This document shows, piece by piece, positions 1 through 10,217 of a DNA stretch of 64,000 nt. The notes under the pieces were generated by a model. That model was not told the DNA's origin, made no database searches, and saw only the letters and a program-made list of their open reading frames with translations. The stretch is from an uncultured Clostridia bacterium. GTDB lineage: Bacteria; Bacillota; Clostridia; Christensenellales; UBA1242. The translations under genes were made by a program, and so were the position numbers. Each line of letters begins with the position of its first letter. Positions within the stretch are counted from its first letter, which is position 1. Location of the stretch: assembly GCA_944384375.1 (NCBI GenBank), contig CALWTE010000002.1, forward strand, positions 538 to 64,537. Direction: 5' to 3'.

Positions 1-10
1 CATAAACTAT

Positions 11-60
11 TATATTTAATATATAATATTTATTTATATTTAGTATATAATATTTATTAC
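11..60. repeat. Two tandem copies of a ~24-nt AT-rich unit (TATATTTARTATATAATATTTATT)
   Basis: Copy at 11-36 and copy at 35-60 differ at 3 positions; read directly from the sequence. Confidence 0.6.
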
Positions 61-200
61 ATTTTGTCAATGAAATTAATAGTCAAACATCAAGGGTATA
101 TCTCGTGTTTTTCTTATAAAAAATAGTAGTTATAAATATTTACATTATCTTTTTTGAGGGTTTTAAAAATTACTAATCTTAGTTTTTATTTTTTAACCAA

Positions 201-235
201 AAAAGAACTTTATCTTATTTAATAAAGTTCTTTTT
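201..235. terminator. Hairpin with 13-bp perfect stem (AAAAGAACTTTAT / ATAAAGTTCTTTT) flanked by A and T runs; bidirectional terminator-like
   Basis: Perfect inverted repeat at 201-213 and 222-234 followed by a T-run. No gene in the window is assigned to it. Confidence 0.4.
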
Positions 236-405
236 ATTCTACTAGTTTTTATAATTAAAACTTTTAATAAATTTGTATTAATGTAACAAAAAGTTTATAA
301 ATCACAAATTTTTTATGTATTTAACATAAACTATACTAATTAAATTTATATCTTAAAAACAATATAGAAACTAAGGTTAAACTTTTTTTACTAGAAGAAT
401 AAAAT

Positions 406-440
406 AAAGGAACTCTACACACAAAGTAAAGTTCCTTTTT
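406..440 (-). terminator. Putative intrinsic terminator downstream of spoVT
   Basis: Stem AAAGGAAC (406-413) / GTTCCTTT (431-438). It lies about 60 nt past the spoVT stop, with a T-rich tail on the minus strand. Confidence 0.45.
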
Positions 441-497
441 ATATTAGTTTCAAAAACAATAAAATAAAACCTGCTTTTTCTTATTTAAATTATAAGA

Positions 498-1028
498 TTA
501 ATAATTTAAAAAATAGTCGGCAATAAAGTTTGCTATTACTTTCGCAATATTGCTGTAAGTTTCATTTATGCCTTCGGCGCTTGAAACAACCACTCCACCT
601 AGCAAGTCCCCACCTGATACAATTGGTTGAATAAAGCAGTCATTTTCTAATTTTACGTCTTGAGTGAGTTGAAAGCCTGCTTGCTGTGTGACTGCTTCCC
701 TTTTGTTTAAGATGTCTTGAAGTTCGGGGGTAACATCGCCTGTGGGTAAATCTTTTTTGCCGTTTTTGCAAACAACTTTTTCGGTATCAACTACAAAAAT
801 ATCGCAATTTCTGCCCATAAGTGCGACTTTTACTATTGAATCGGCAAGCCCTGCTATTTCTCTAATCAAGTGAAATTTACGCATCACGACTTGTTTATCT
901 GAGCAAGCACTAAACTCCATTAAATCTCCGTAATTTATATGCAAAGCTTTCCTTACTTCCCTAGGAATTACTACCCTACCTAAAATATCTACGTGCCTTA
1001 ACATACCTTTTTTGTCATCAGACGGCAT
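498..1028 (-). CDS. spoVT: Stage V sporulation regulator SpoVT (AbrB-type N-terminal DNA-binding domain plus GAF-like C-terminal domain)
   Basis: 176 aa. N-terminus HVDILGRVVIPREVRKALHINYGDLMEF fits the AbrB/SpoVT LGRVVIPxExR signature. Length and two-domain layout match SpoVT. Confidence 0.85.
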   Translation of the reverse strand: MPSDDKKGMLRHVDILGRVVIPREVRKALHINYGDLMEFSACSDKQVVMRKFHLIREIAGLADSIVKVALMGRNCDIFVVDTEKVVCKNGKKDLPTGDVTPELQDILNKREAVTQQAGFQLTQDVKLENDCFIQPIVSGGDLLGGVVVSSAEGINETYSNIAKVIANFIADYFLNY

Positions 1029-1292
1029 TTATATACTCCTAATATCAATTTGTTATTAGTATTTATAATTTGTTATTTTTTATACATAAAAAGCGAAATT
1101 TGTAGAAATAAATCAAAGAAAAACATACATTTTAATCTAATAAATGGTACTAAACACAAAATAAATAGAATTATGAATGTTTTTGTAGCAATATGTTATT
1201 TTTAGTAGAATTAACTAATATAATATATTAAAATGTTTAATAAAAATTTTATTTGTAACTTTGAAAATTAAAATTTACCGTACAGTAAAAGA

Positions 1293-1317
1293 AAAAAGCA
1301 TAATTATTTATGCTTTT
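1293..1317 (-). terminator. Intrinsic terminator after the 206-aa ORF
   Basis: AAAAAGCATAA-TTAT-TTATGCTTTTT hairpin with flanking A and T runs, about 70 nt downstream of the stop at 1389. Confidence 0.5.
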
Positions 1318-1388
1318 TGTCTTTTATATAAATGAAATTCTTAAAAATCATTTATTTTGTAAATATTCAATATAGGAATTTTTTTAAT

Positions 1389-2009
1389 TTAAGCGATTAA
1401 CTCAATTAAGCGCGGAAGGACTTTTTTCCTTGCAACTTCGGCATCGTGTGAGAATTTGATAAAGTTTTCTTCTTCGTAAATAGGTTTTTTTGCAATTTCT
1501 AGCAAGTCAATCTTCATTTCTTGCATAAGCAGAATTGAGAAATTTTGAGAGATAAACTCAGCAATATTGTCTTGATTTAGATTATTTTTCTCCACGATAC
1601 TTTCTACCTTGCCACTATCTAACACGTAATCAAACACTGGCTCGTAAAATAGTCTAAGGCGCTCCATTGATAGTTTACTACCATTACTGCAAGCAATTAT
1701 ACCCCACTGATGTGCACGTACTAATTCTCTAGGCATAATACCCTCTATTCCCCTTTTATATAGGTAACAAAGGAAATCTTGAGCGGGAACAATACTGCCT
1801 GCTGCCATTTCTATAATGTCAACGATTTTTTGAATATATTTTTCTATAAAGACTTTATGAGGTAAAGTGCCTTCTTGCATATTCAAATTTGTAAATTCGT
1901 CTCTAATCGCATTAAAGAAAATAACTTGTGTATCGTAATCAACTTTAGAAATATCTAAAGCCCTAAAATCTTCTGGATTAAAAGCCTTTTGTTTTGCCAT
2001 CTTACCCAC
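1389..2009 (-). CDS. Hypothetical protein (206 aa), no recognisable motif
   Basis: Long ORF in an AT-rich background. GGTGGG Shine-Dalgarno-like sequence just upstream of the ATG. Confidence 0.6.
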   Translation of the reverse strand: MGKMAKQKAFNPEDFRALDISKVDYDTQVIFFNAIRDEFTNLNMQEGTLPHKVFIEKYIQKIVDIIEMAAGSIVPAQDFLCYLYKRGIEGIMPRELVRAHQWGIIACSNGSKLSMERLRLFYEPVFDYVLDSGKVESIVEKNNLNQDNIAEFISQNFSILLMQEMKIDLLEIAKKPIYEEENFIKFSHDAEVARKKVLPRLIELIA

Positions 2010-2199
2010 CTTTTGATTTCAGCTAAGCAATATAACTGAATCTATTATTAAATATGTTAATTAAATAAACCTATATTATATTACATAAATTTTTAGAAAA
2101 AGTCAAACACATAGCCTTGATAGTAGTAATTATTAATTTAAATTTTATTAACTACATTTATTTCTTGTATTATTCATTTTAAATAGCAATATCACGTTA

Positions 2200-5100
2200 T
2201 TATGTAGTTGACCTAATAACAAATTGCATAGTTTGTGTAGTTGTAAATACTTGTGAAGTATTAACTAAGTAATTATAATCTATACTTGAACTATCTAGTA
2301 CTGCCTCTTGCCATAATTCGTCTGTCCATCTACAACTATATGCTATACCCACAGACTTTGTAATTGTAACCGTGTAACTTGTGTTAGTTAACAATGCCGA
2401 TGAATCACGAATTTTAAAGATAAAGTTAGTGATTTCTCCACTTGTTTCGTCTTCTGTTAATTCATATTGTAAATAGTTGTTTTGACCTTGTGGTACTGTA
2501 ATTTCTATCTCATAATCATTGTCAACCTGAGTGTTTGTTAAACCATAATTCCCTGTAATGTTTGTTTTTAACAAATCATTTAGAGAAAATTCAATTTGTG
2601 TGGTATCTGCATCAAGTACGTAATATCCATCTACTGGTTTAATATTATCGTCCACTGGAGTAGATTCTGTCCATGCAGCACTCGGCCAGTCAAAATTAAG
2701 CATAACCATAGCAGGCTTCACTTCATCAATCGTAGAAGTTACCCCATCTACAGACGGACGGAAGAACATAAAGATTTCGTGATTCTCTGGTAATTCTTTA
2801 ATAAATTGTATTGTTTGATAAGTATTATAAGAAGGTTGCTCTATTATAACAGTAATAGTTTGTATATAGAAATTGTCCAAATCTGTAGAATTGTCTGCTC
2901 TATTAGTCTGTAACAGTAAATTATTCTTTATGAAATCCCAGTAAACCGAATAGAGCGAATCACTTTCATTTAGGCTATATGCATTACTGAAAATTTGTTT
3001 TACAGTCAAGTTTTCTCCATTAACCAAATATTCGGTAGAAGTATCAAAAATATAAAATTCTACTGTTTTTTGAACATTACTAGGCACAAAACCAGCAAAT
3101 TCATCAGTTGTACCATAAGATGCGTCAGGTACAACTATTATGTTACCGTCGCTATCTGTCCAATTTACTCTAACATAGTTTGTACCATTATATGTAATGA
3201 AGTCATCAGACAATTCAGTTGTAAATCTCCATGTTTTTAGTTCAGCATAATCTCTATCGTCAGTTATAGTAGTTCCATCAGTATCTATTTCAATGGAAGC
3301 AACTGGTATGTCGGTAGCTGCTAAGTAAATAGTTTCCTTACGGCTTTTACCTGAAGCGTCAAAATTATAATTTATATTTACCGCACCAATAGTAACAGCC
3401 TCTGGAGCACGCAAGATAAAACTCATATAACGCACATATGTTGCACCCGAGCCGCTCTCTACAAATTCCACTCCAGTTGAGAATCCACTCCCACCATCAA
3501 GGTTAGGTTTTTCAAAGTAATTAGTTTCATTTTCGCTAAATTCAATGTCACCGTAAGTTAATGACCAGCGAGTGTATTCTGCATTAGTAGGTAGCGCTAA
3601 TGCTGAATTTGGTTTAGCATAAAGAGTCAACTTATTCATACTCGTCGTACCCATAACTAAAGGATTTTGTGAATCTGTAACAACTTCTTGAAGTAAGTTT
3701 GCGTCTCTATAAATTGTGAAATCAGCCAATAGTTCTACAACATTTACAGTAAGTTCATTATAACTACGCTCAACAATATATTCACCTGGTAAAGCATTTT
3801 CAATATTACTTACCATTCTAAAACCTGTAGCACTACCGTCAGCAATAACTTGATTATTTACATCAATTGCCTGCCCAGATTCATTAGTACGCACGATATA
3901 TGGAACGATACCAACCGAACCTGCACCTAGTGCCCTAATAGTGTTATAAGGTAAAACTGTACCATCTGCAAAAATTTGTCTAAATTCATTTACAGCAATT
4001 ACCGCGCTACCTGTAACATTTATATTTGTACTAGTACCGCTCAAGAAAAATACGACTTTATTATAACTAACGTCTTCATCGCCTGTTGTAACGTAACTAA
4101 TATTACTAATCGCGTACTGGTTCCTGTCAGGATTTGTGTCATACTTTGTAATTTCCATAGAAAGTTCGGTTATTACTTTGTCATTGTTGTTTTCGTCAAC
4201 AAAAGTTAAAGTATCAGGAGTAGTTGAATATATATTTAATTCGCGTAAGATTGTTAAGGTATCGCTGTAGCCATCTATATTAATAGCCAAATATACTACT
4301 TCATCTGGAGCGAGTTCTCGTAAAGGGGTTATCTCATAATAGTATAAATTTTCTTGTCCTGGAACAAATCTTTGTTCAATTCGTAAAGCCGTACTTTCTT
4401 CTAGAATTATACTACCATCTTCTGTAACTCCCGCATTATAAACCGCTCTTATTCTATAATTAGAAAGCAGATTTGATAATGGGTTATCATTATTATCTGG
4501 ATTATAAATAGTAGGACGCAAGAACAAATCTAAGTTAATTACACCGTCAACCCCCGTATTCACAGCAGAAATTTTTAGAGGGTCATTTGCAAATAATTGA
4601 GTAGAAATTGCTGGTGGTTCAATCTCATCATTGGGGTCTGTATCTGCGTAATCTTCATTTCTAATTACAATTTCAGACAACTGCAAAGGAAACAATCTTA
4701 AATCACATTCAGCAGTAAGAGTTTCATTTGAGTTTGTGTAATATTTATCCATGACCGCCGTAATATGTGCGTATTCATAAGGATTAACCATAGGTTCGTT
4801 TGATGTAAATGTAGGATTATATGTAACAGTTAAATAGCCAGTACTTGCATCTACTGTAGCCTTCCACGTAAAATCAACACCATATGTAACATTTTTTAGT
4901 AAATCTTGATTATAAGCACTGATAGCACGCTCTGGTGTAACTTTTACAGATAACTGAACTTTATCGTCATAAACAAAATTAGCCGTAGTTAAATCAAATG
5001 TCTCACCTGTATTTGGGTCTGTTGCTACAATATCAATAGATACTACAGGCACATCAACTCTAACTTCCAAAGGTGTCTCTACGCGGTATAATTCACTCAT

Positions 5101-5616
5101 TGTTTCAGCATATATATAACATACTCCCCCTGCGTTATATCCATCTTCTGCTAAAATTGGAGTAATATCAAAATATTGCCCTAACATAACGCTTTCAGGA
5201 ACTGAAATGATATTATTAATTATATTATTATTTGCATCGCGGACAGTCAATTTTATTTCTTCTGGAATAGCATTATCATCTACTATAATTTCGCCATTAT
5301 CTCCATAAGAAAAATTAGCATCTGAACTCACAACCTTCATTCTTATTGTACCACTCTCACCATTGCCATTAATAACCAGTGCTTCTTCTGCGGTAAATTG
5401 CAGTCCTACTAAAGGTTCTGTCCCATCTTTAAAATAGCCCGCCCAATACATTATGACTAAGCAAAGGGAAATGAATAAAATTACCCCTACAAAGACATAT
5501 CCTACAATAGTCATAGCATTTAAAAAACTTATGGTGCTTTTACTCATACCATAAACGCTGCCAGACTGTTTTGACGGTTCCTTATTATTCAAAAAGTCGT
5601 CCGTTTTTTTATTCAT
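2200..5616 (-). CDS. Large N-terminally membrane-anchored extracellular protein (1138 aa), beta-rich, N/T/D-rich
   Basis: One N-terminal TM helix (MTIVGYVFVGVILFISLCLVIMYWAGYF) followed by about 1070 aa of beta-strand-like low-charge sequence. Purine-rich GGGGGAAAT upstream of the ATG. Confidence 0.8.
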   Translation of the reverse strand: MNKKTDDFLNNKEPSKQSGSVYGMSKSTISFLNAMTIVGYVFVGVILFISLCLVIMYWAGYFKDGTEPLVGLQFTAEEALVINGNGESGTIRMKVVSSDANFSYGDNGEIIVDDNAIPEEIKLTVRDANNNIINNIISVPESVMLGQYFDITPILAEDGYNAGGVCYIYAETMSELYRVETPLEVRVDVPVVSIDIVATDPNTGETFDLTTANFVYDDKVQLSVKVTPERAISAYNQDLLKNVTYGVDFTWKATVDASTGYLTVTYNPTFTSNEPMVNPYEYAHITAVMDKYYTNSNETLTAECDLRLFPLQLSEIVIRNEDYADTDPNDEIEPPAISTQLFANDPLKISAVNTGVDGVINLDLFLRPTIYNPDNNDNPLSNLLSNYRIRAVYNAGVTEDGSIILEESTALRIEQRFVPGQENLYYYEITPLRELAPDEVVYLAINIDGYSDTLTILRELNIYSTTPDTLTFVDENNNDKVITELSMEITKYDTNPDRNQYAISNISYVTTGDEDVSYNKVVFFLSGTSTNINVTGSAVIAVNEFRQIFADGTVLPYNTIRALGAGSVGIVPYIVRTNESGQAIDVNNQVIADGSATGFRMVSNIENALPGEYIVERSYNELTVNVVELLADFTIYRDANLLQEVVTDSQNPLVMGTTSMNKLTLYAKPNSALALPTNAEYTRWSLTYGDIEFSENETNYFEKPNLDGGSGFSTGVEFVESGSGATYVRYMSFILRAPEAVTIGAVNINYNFDASGKSRKETIYLAATDIPVASIEIDTDGTTITDDRDYAELKTWRFTTELSDDFITYNGTNYVRVNWTDSDGNIIVVPDASYGTTDEFAGFVPSNVQKTVEFYIFDTSTEYLVNGENLTVKQIFSNAYSLNESDSLYSVYWDFIKNNLLLQTNRADNSTDLDNFYIQTITVIIEQPSYNTYQTIQFIKELPENHEIFMFFRPSVDGVTSTIDEVKPAMVMLNFDWPSAAWTESTPVDDNIKPVDGYYVLDADTTQIEFSLNDLLKTNITGNYGLTNTQVDNDYEIEITVPQGQNNYLQYELTEDETSGEITNFIFKIRDSSALLTNTSYTVTITKSVGIAYSCRWTDELWQEAVLDSSSIDYNYLVNTSQVFTTTQTMQFVIRSTT

Positions 5617-5676
5617 ATTTCCCCCTATTTTTTCAAAAAACGTACTTTTTGTAAATTAGTATGTACATTTAATTAA

Positions 5677-5705
5677 ATTATATAATTTTATGCTAAATTT
5701 GTCAA
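5677..5705 (-). promoter_or_regulatory. Consensus sigma-A-type promoter: TTGACA-N17-TATAAT for the 1138-aa gene
   Basis: On the minus strand, TTGACA is the reverse complement of 5700-5705 and TATAAT of 5677-5682, with a spacer of exactly 17 nt. A second copy of the 19-nt ATAAAATGTTTTGACAA unit sits at 5720-5737. Confidence 0.5.
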
Positions 5706-5734
5706 AACATTTTATCATTTGTCAAAACATTTTA

Positions 5735-7360
5735 TTAAAAAACGGTAACTGTTATAATTTCTGATACATACCCTAGTTTACTGACGATTTTTAAGTAGTA
5801 AGTGCCACTTTTACAAAAATCAATTACAAAACTACCTATCGTCACATCTACATAGGATATTTCACCATTATTTAACTCTATTACATTACCGTCTTTATCT
5901 AAAAATTCTATATAACAATCTTGATTATTTACGACATCTCCATTTAGATTATATACTGTATAATAAATATCCACTCCAGCAATACCATTCACAGGAGTAA
6001 CATAAAAATTTGTCCTATCAACTTTAATAGTCGCATTTTTAATAGCATTATAGAAATGAATAATCTTAGTTATATTACTGCCGTCAGTACTCTGTATAAT
6101 TAGATAACCGCTCCCTACTTCGCCCGAAGATTTAACTAAAAAACCATTTTCAGTTGGTTCGCAATCAATATTATAGAAATCATAATTTATTTTATTTAAA
6201 GAATAATCACCTAAATCAACATTTACAAAAAATTGAGTTTTTCCTGTAAGGATATACTCACCTGCACTTGTTGTCTCAGTAACTTCAGTTTGACAAGTTG
6301 TATCAGTATATACTGTTGCATTAATTTCTTCTACTTGTTTATAGACATTTATCTTTATAGGATTACTATTTAGTATACTATTGTAGTTCATACCGATTTC
6401 AATGACACTTTCCATAAAATAATCAACACCGCTGTCTACACAATAAAAAGCCCTAAAATAAGTATTATTTGAGCCTACAATCACATCATTAAAACTAGTC
6501 CATTCAAACAGACGTTTACTACTGCCTGAAGTATTTGTACAGTCATTAGCAGTAGTAGATTCTGTTACATAACAACTGTCGTCAAAGTCTCTATTACTTG
6601 TAATTTTCAAAATATAAACTGGTGATTTATCGGTAGAACTAAAAAGATTGTAGTTTAGAATTCCATTTTCATCCAACTCACTTGCAACTGGTTCTAGCGA
6701 ACTATCTAGAATTTCTATATTTAATTCTGTACGGGCTTCAACTACTTGTACAGTCTTAGTCGCCCAAATGGTTTGATAGCCAGAGTCAACATAATTATCA
6801 ACAGCAGTTTTTGCAATAACTTTTATAGTAGCATAACCTAAACTCTTTGGTGTTATAATTCCATTTTCATCTATTGTTAAAATATTTTCATTTAAACTTT
6901 CATACTCTAGCCCCATATTGTAGCCTAAATTAGTATTTACTAATAACTCAGCAGTCTCCCCTAAAAGAATTTTATCTGTAGCATTAAAAGTAAGTGAAGT
7001 ACAATAAACTGCTTTATCAACAATGACATCAATAATGTCAACTTTATCGCCTGCTGTTGCTTTTATACGAGTAGTACCACTCTTTAAAGCCTTGATAATG
7101 CCAGTATCGGCATCATAACTAATTATATTAGAATCATATTCTATTACGCAATGACTTAAATCAATATTAGAATAAAGCGGTGCAAGAGCGATTTCATTAT
7201 TGCTATCTGTTGTGCCTAATTTCATATTAATTATTTCTGGGCACTCAAACTCCACCACATATTCTTCACTATTTTGCGAGTTATCATTCCCGCACCCGCA
7301 AAACAAAACCGCCATAAAAAGTAATGGCAAAGCAAAAACAAAGTATCTGTATTTAACCAA
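5735..7360 (-). CDS. Surface lipoprotein with bacterial Ig-like (Big_2-type) repeats, 541 aa from a TTG start
   Basis: Lipobox LFCGC after a hydrophobic signal. Big_2-like strings are GIIKALKSGTTRIKATAGDK and GIITPKSLGYATIKVIAK. GAGGAGG lies 7 nt upstream of the TTG at 7358-7360. The ORF-track start at 7423 adds 21 non-signal residues and has no RBS. Confidence 0.75.
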   Translation of the reverse strand: MVKYRYFVFALPLLFMAVLFCGCGNDNSQNSEEYVVEFECPEIINMKLGTTDSNNEIALAPLYSNIDLSHCVIEYDSNIISYDADTGIIKALKSGTTRIKATAGDKVDIIDVIVDKAVYCTSLTFNATDKILLGETAELLVNTNLGYNMGLEYESLNENILTIDENGIITPKSLGYATIKVIAKTAVDNYVDSGYQTIWATKTVQVVEARTELNIEILDSSLEPVASELDENGILNYNLFSSTDKSPVYILKITSNRDFDDSCYVTESTTANDCTNTSGSSKRLFEWTSFNDVIVGSNNTYFRAFYCVDSGVDYFMESVIEIGMNYNSILNSNPIKINVYKQVEEINATVYTDTTCQTEVTETTSAGEYILTGKTQFFVNVDLGDYSLNKINYDFYNIDCEPTENGFLVKSSGEVGSGYLIIQSTDGSNITKIIHFYNAIKNATIKVDRTNFYVTPVNGIAGVDIYYTVYNLNGDVVNNQDCYIEFLDKDGNVIELNNGEISYVDVTIGSFVIDFCKSGTYYLKIVSKLGYVSEIITVTVF

Positions 7361-7452
7361 AATTTTATCCTCCTCAAAAATCCCTTCGGTCGTGTATATA
7401 AACAAAATTTTCACTATTGTCAATACTTTTTGGCAAAAAAATTTAAAAATTT

Positions 7453-7485
7453 TACAAAAAAGCAGGATTTTTTAGACTCCTGCTT
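7453..7485 (-). terminator. Intrinsic terminator after ftsZ
   Basis: Minus strand reads AGCAGGA-gtctaaaaaa-TCCTGCT followed by TTTTTTGT, about 35 nt after the ftsZ stop. Confidence 0.65.
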
Positions 7486-7518
7486 AATATTATTTCTTTT
7501 TTAAACTAAATTTATTTA

Positions 7519-8724
7519 TTATTTACCCCTTAATTTACGTAAGAAAGGCGGAATGTCGGAATCGTCAAAATCAACAGTCATACGACTAGTTTTTTCATTT
7601 GAAGGTATATTTGCATTAATTAATTCTTGCTCGTCTGCACCTAAACTCGTAGCAGAAGCACGACCACTTTCAATCTTGTTAGCTAAAAATTCTGCATATT
7701 TTTGTTGCGAAACTTCGGGAGATTCTTCTGCTTCATTTTCTTTATCTAATAGTGATGGGGCGCCTTGAAAACCTGTAGCAATAACAGTAATTTCTACTGC
7801 ATCGTCTAGTGATTCGTCAATACTTGCACCAAAGATGATGTTACAATTAGGGTCAACAATTTCACGCATAAGGTCTGCCGCCTCGTGAACCTGGTCAATA
7901 GGCAAACTTGAGCCACCTTTTACGTTAAAGATAATACCAGTAGCACCTTCTATGGTAGTTTCAAGCAATGGACTAGAAACGGCTTGTGATAGAGCCTCAA
8001 AAATTCTTCTCTCACCCTTTGCTCTACCTATACCCATATGAGCTAATCCTCTATTTTTCATAGTAGTACGAATATCAGCAAAGTCTAGGTTAATAAGCGA
8101 GTTTTCTACAATAAGATTTGAAATACCTTGCACACCTTGACGCAATACGTCATCAGCATAGCGGAAAGTATCTACGATTGAAGTACCTTTTGGTACGAGT
8201 TTAAACAATTTTTCATTAGGTATAATTACTAATGAGTCAACAGTTTTACGCAATGCCTCCAAACCTTTTTCTGCATTTTCCATACGGCGACGGCCTTCAA
8301 AGTTAAAAGGTTTAGTTACAACGGCAATTGTTAAAATCTCTTTTTCACGAGTAAGAGTAGCAATCATAGGCGCAGCCCCTGTACCAGTACCACCGCCCAT
8401 ACCAGCGGTAATAAATACTAAATCAGCATCGCTAACTGCCTGATTTAACTCTTCATAGTTTTCTTCTGCCGCTTTCATTCCAACTTCAGGGTCAGCACCA
8501 GCCCCCCAACCGCGAGTTAATTTTGTACCGATTTGTATTCGGTAATCTGCCTTACTAATTTGCAAAGCCTGTTTATCAGTATTTACTGCTATAAACTCAA
8601 CTCCGTTCACTCCTGCATCTATCATACGGTTTACTGCGTTATTTCCGCCCCCGCCTACACCGATAACTTTAATTTTTACTACTGGGTTTACTCCTTGTCC
8701 GTAGTTATTTGAATAGGTATCCAT
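7519..8724 (-). CDS. ftsZ: Cell division GTPase FtsZ
   Basis: [17 protein letters not shown] and the tubulin signature [11 protein letters not shown]-terminal conserved peptide [16 protein letters not shown]. Confidence 0.97.
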   Translation of the reverse strand: MDTYSNNYGQGVNPVVKIKVIGVGGGGNNAVNRMIDAGVNGVEFIAVNTDKQALQISKADYRIQIGTKLTRGWGAGADPEVGMKAAEENYEELNQAVSDADLVFITAGMGGGTGTGAAPMIATLTREKEILTIAVVTKPFNFEGRRRMENAEKGLEALRKTVDSLVIIPNEKLFKLVPKGTSIVDTFRYADDVLRQGVQGISNLIVENSLINLDFADIRTTMKNRGLAHMGIGRAKGERRIFEALSQAVSSPLLETTIEGATGIIFNVKGGSSLPIDQVHEAADLMREIVDPNCNIIFGASIDESLDDAVEITVIATGFQGAPSLLDKENEAEESPEVSQQKYAEFLANKIESGRASATSLGADEQELINANIPSNEKTSRMTVDFDDSDIPPFLRKLRGK

Positions 8725-8739
8725 ATTTTTTCCTCCAAA

Positions 8740-9903
8740 CTATTTTTTAAAAATTTTTATAAATATTGAGTAATGCGCACTTGTTTGTTTTAACGCAAAA
8801 TCAAGCAATCCTAACACCGCACTATTCTTTGGTTCATCCATCTGCGGTACTTGCGGCTCTAGAATTTTTACTTCTTTACCTAAATATTCTTTTAAAGTTT
8901 CAGTCACACCCTTAATATAAGAAATTCCGCCGCCCGTTAAATTTATACAAATATTTTCTGGCCTTTCATAAGCACAAGTTTCCAAACTCTTGGTAATCAT
9001 TTTCGCAATCTGCCGTACTTTTCTCTGTACGATTTCAAATACGGCTAAGGCGTCAAACTGATATTTTTGCACCTTGTAATTTATAGTGATTTTTTCATTC
9101 TCGCTAGGCTGCCCTGTAAGAGTGGCATACTTCTTTAACTCGGTAGCAACACCGAATGGAATCTCTAAGAATTTAACCAAATCTGCTACAATATGTCCTC
9201 CACCTAAAGAGAAACTTTTTAAACAAACAATTCCATCACCTACAACCACAGCCACACTTGTACTTAGATAACCACAGTCCACAAAAACGGCACATTTATC
9301 ACGTTCGGCAGGCTCTATTAAATACATAGTCTCTGCCATTGTCTCCGAAATGAAATCTACAAAGGGAATTTCTAGACTGCTTATAGCACTAGACAACAGC
9401 CCCATAAAGTTGCGTTCAGCAAGCACAAAACTTAAAGTCGCCCCCAAACTCTCGCTCCATTGCCCTTTAGGGTCTATCACTCTTTCTCCTGTATCTAACT
9501 CAAAGCAAACAGGACTACGATTTACCACGCTGTGAGTAGGGCTACTTGAGTATTCGTCTGCCAGTCTAAACAACTCATCAACATCTCTGTCTGTTATTCT
9601 TTTTCGCTTCCCAAATGCTAACGACACATTTTTAACTTCTGCAATACAGAACTCGCTAGGCACACCGATATATAGGTGTGTAATTTTACATTGTGCATTA
9701 TTTTGCGCAGTGTTGATGGCTTGACTAAGGACTTCCGGCAATTTCTCCTGTTCCAAAACCTCGCCTTCCATAAAGCCAGCAAAAGGAACTTCCGCATAGC
9801 CACGCACGTCAAAAGTGCCATTTACACTTCTGTCGCCGATTAAAACAACTATGTTACTTGAGCCAAAATTTAATACGGCTACATTTTTCCTTGCCACGCC
9901 CAT
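8740..9903 (-). CDS. ftsA: Cell division protein FtsA (actin-like ATPase)
   Basis: 387 aa immediately upstream of ftsZ. Actin-fold phosphate motifs (VLNFGSSNIVV, DCGYLSTSV, LTGGG) and a C-terminal amphipathic helix. Confidence 0.9.
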   Translation of the reverse strand: MGVARKNVAVLNFGSSNIVVLIGDRSVNGTFDVRGYAEVPFAGFMEGEVLEQEKLPEVLSQAINTAQNNAQCKITHLYIGVPSEFCIAEVKNVSLAFGKRKRITDRDVDELFRLADEYSSSPTHSVVNRSPVCFELDTGERVIDPKGQWSESLGATLSFVLAERNFMGLLSSAISSLEIPFVDFISETMAETMYLIEPAERDKCAVFVDCGYLSTSVAVVVGDGIVCLKSFSLGGGHIVADLVKFLEIPFGVATELKKYATLTGQPSENEKITINYKVQKYQFDALAVFEIVQRKVRQIAKMITKSLETCAYERPENICINLTGGGISYIKGVTETLKEYLGKEVKILEPQVPQMDEPKNSAVLGLLDFALKQTSAHYSIFIKIFKK

Positions 9904-10140
9904 TTACCCCCTAATAAAATACTCACAGATATTTTTATTTAATTATATTATATTTACTTAAAGCAATAAAGTCAAACGAATTTAGGCAAATTTTGAATAA
10001 TTATAAATAAATATTATTTATAAATGGCTTTATTTTGTAAATTTTTGTATAAAAATAAAAATTTTGCCCCATTCAAAAAACCTAATTTCAGCAAAATTGC
10101 ATAAACAAAAAATTAAATTTATAATTATGCTTTAGTATTA

Positions 10141-10156
10141 TGCATAGTACTATGCA
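10141..10156. repeat. Perfect 16-nt palindrome TGCATAGTACTATGCA (member of a recurring motif family)
   Basis: Self-complementary and intergenic, upstream of ftsA and downstream of the DUF4870-like gene. A related half-site GCATAGT lies at 10168-10174. Confidence 0.7.
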
Positions 10157-10217
10157 ACTAATTTTACGCATAGTTTGCCCTTTTTTAACGATAAAAAAAG
10201 AAAAGGCAGATTTAACA

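Noticed and set aside
2596-4209. Plus-strand track ORFs (65-81 aa) inside the 1138-aa minus-strand gene. Similar antisense or alternate-frame ORFs occur elsewhere, for example 7553..7768, 9086..9535, 10749..11085, 19111..19356, 27143..27688, 35097..35399, 37935..38240, 49783..50919 and 56783..59212
   Set aside because: They lie wholly inside much longer, well-supported genes and lack Shine-Dalgarno sequences. Their composition is odd (F/L/C/S-rich), typical of antisense translation of AT-rich or low-complexity coding DNA.
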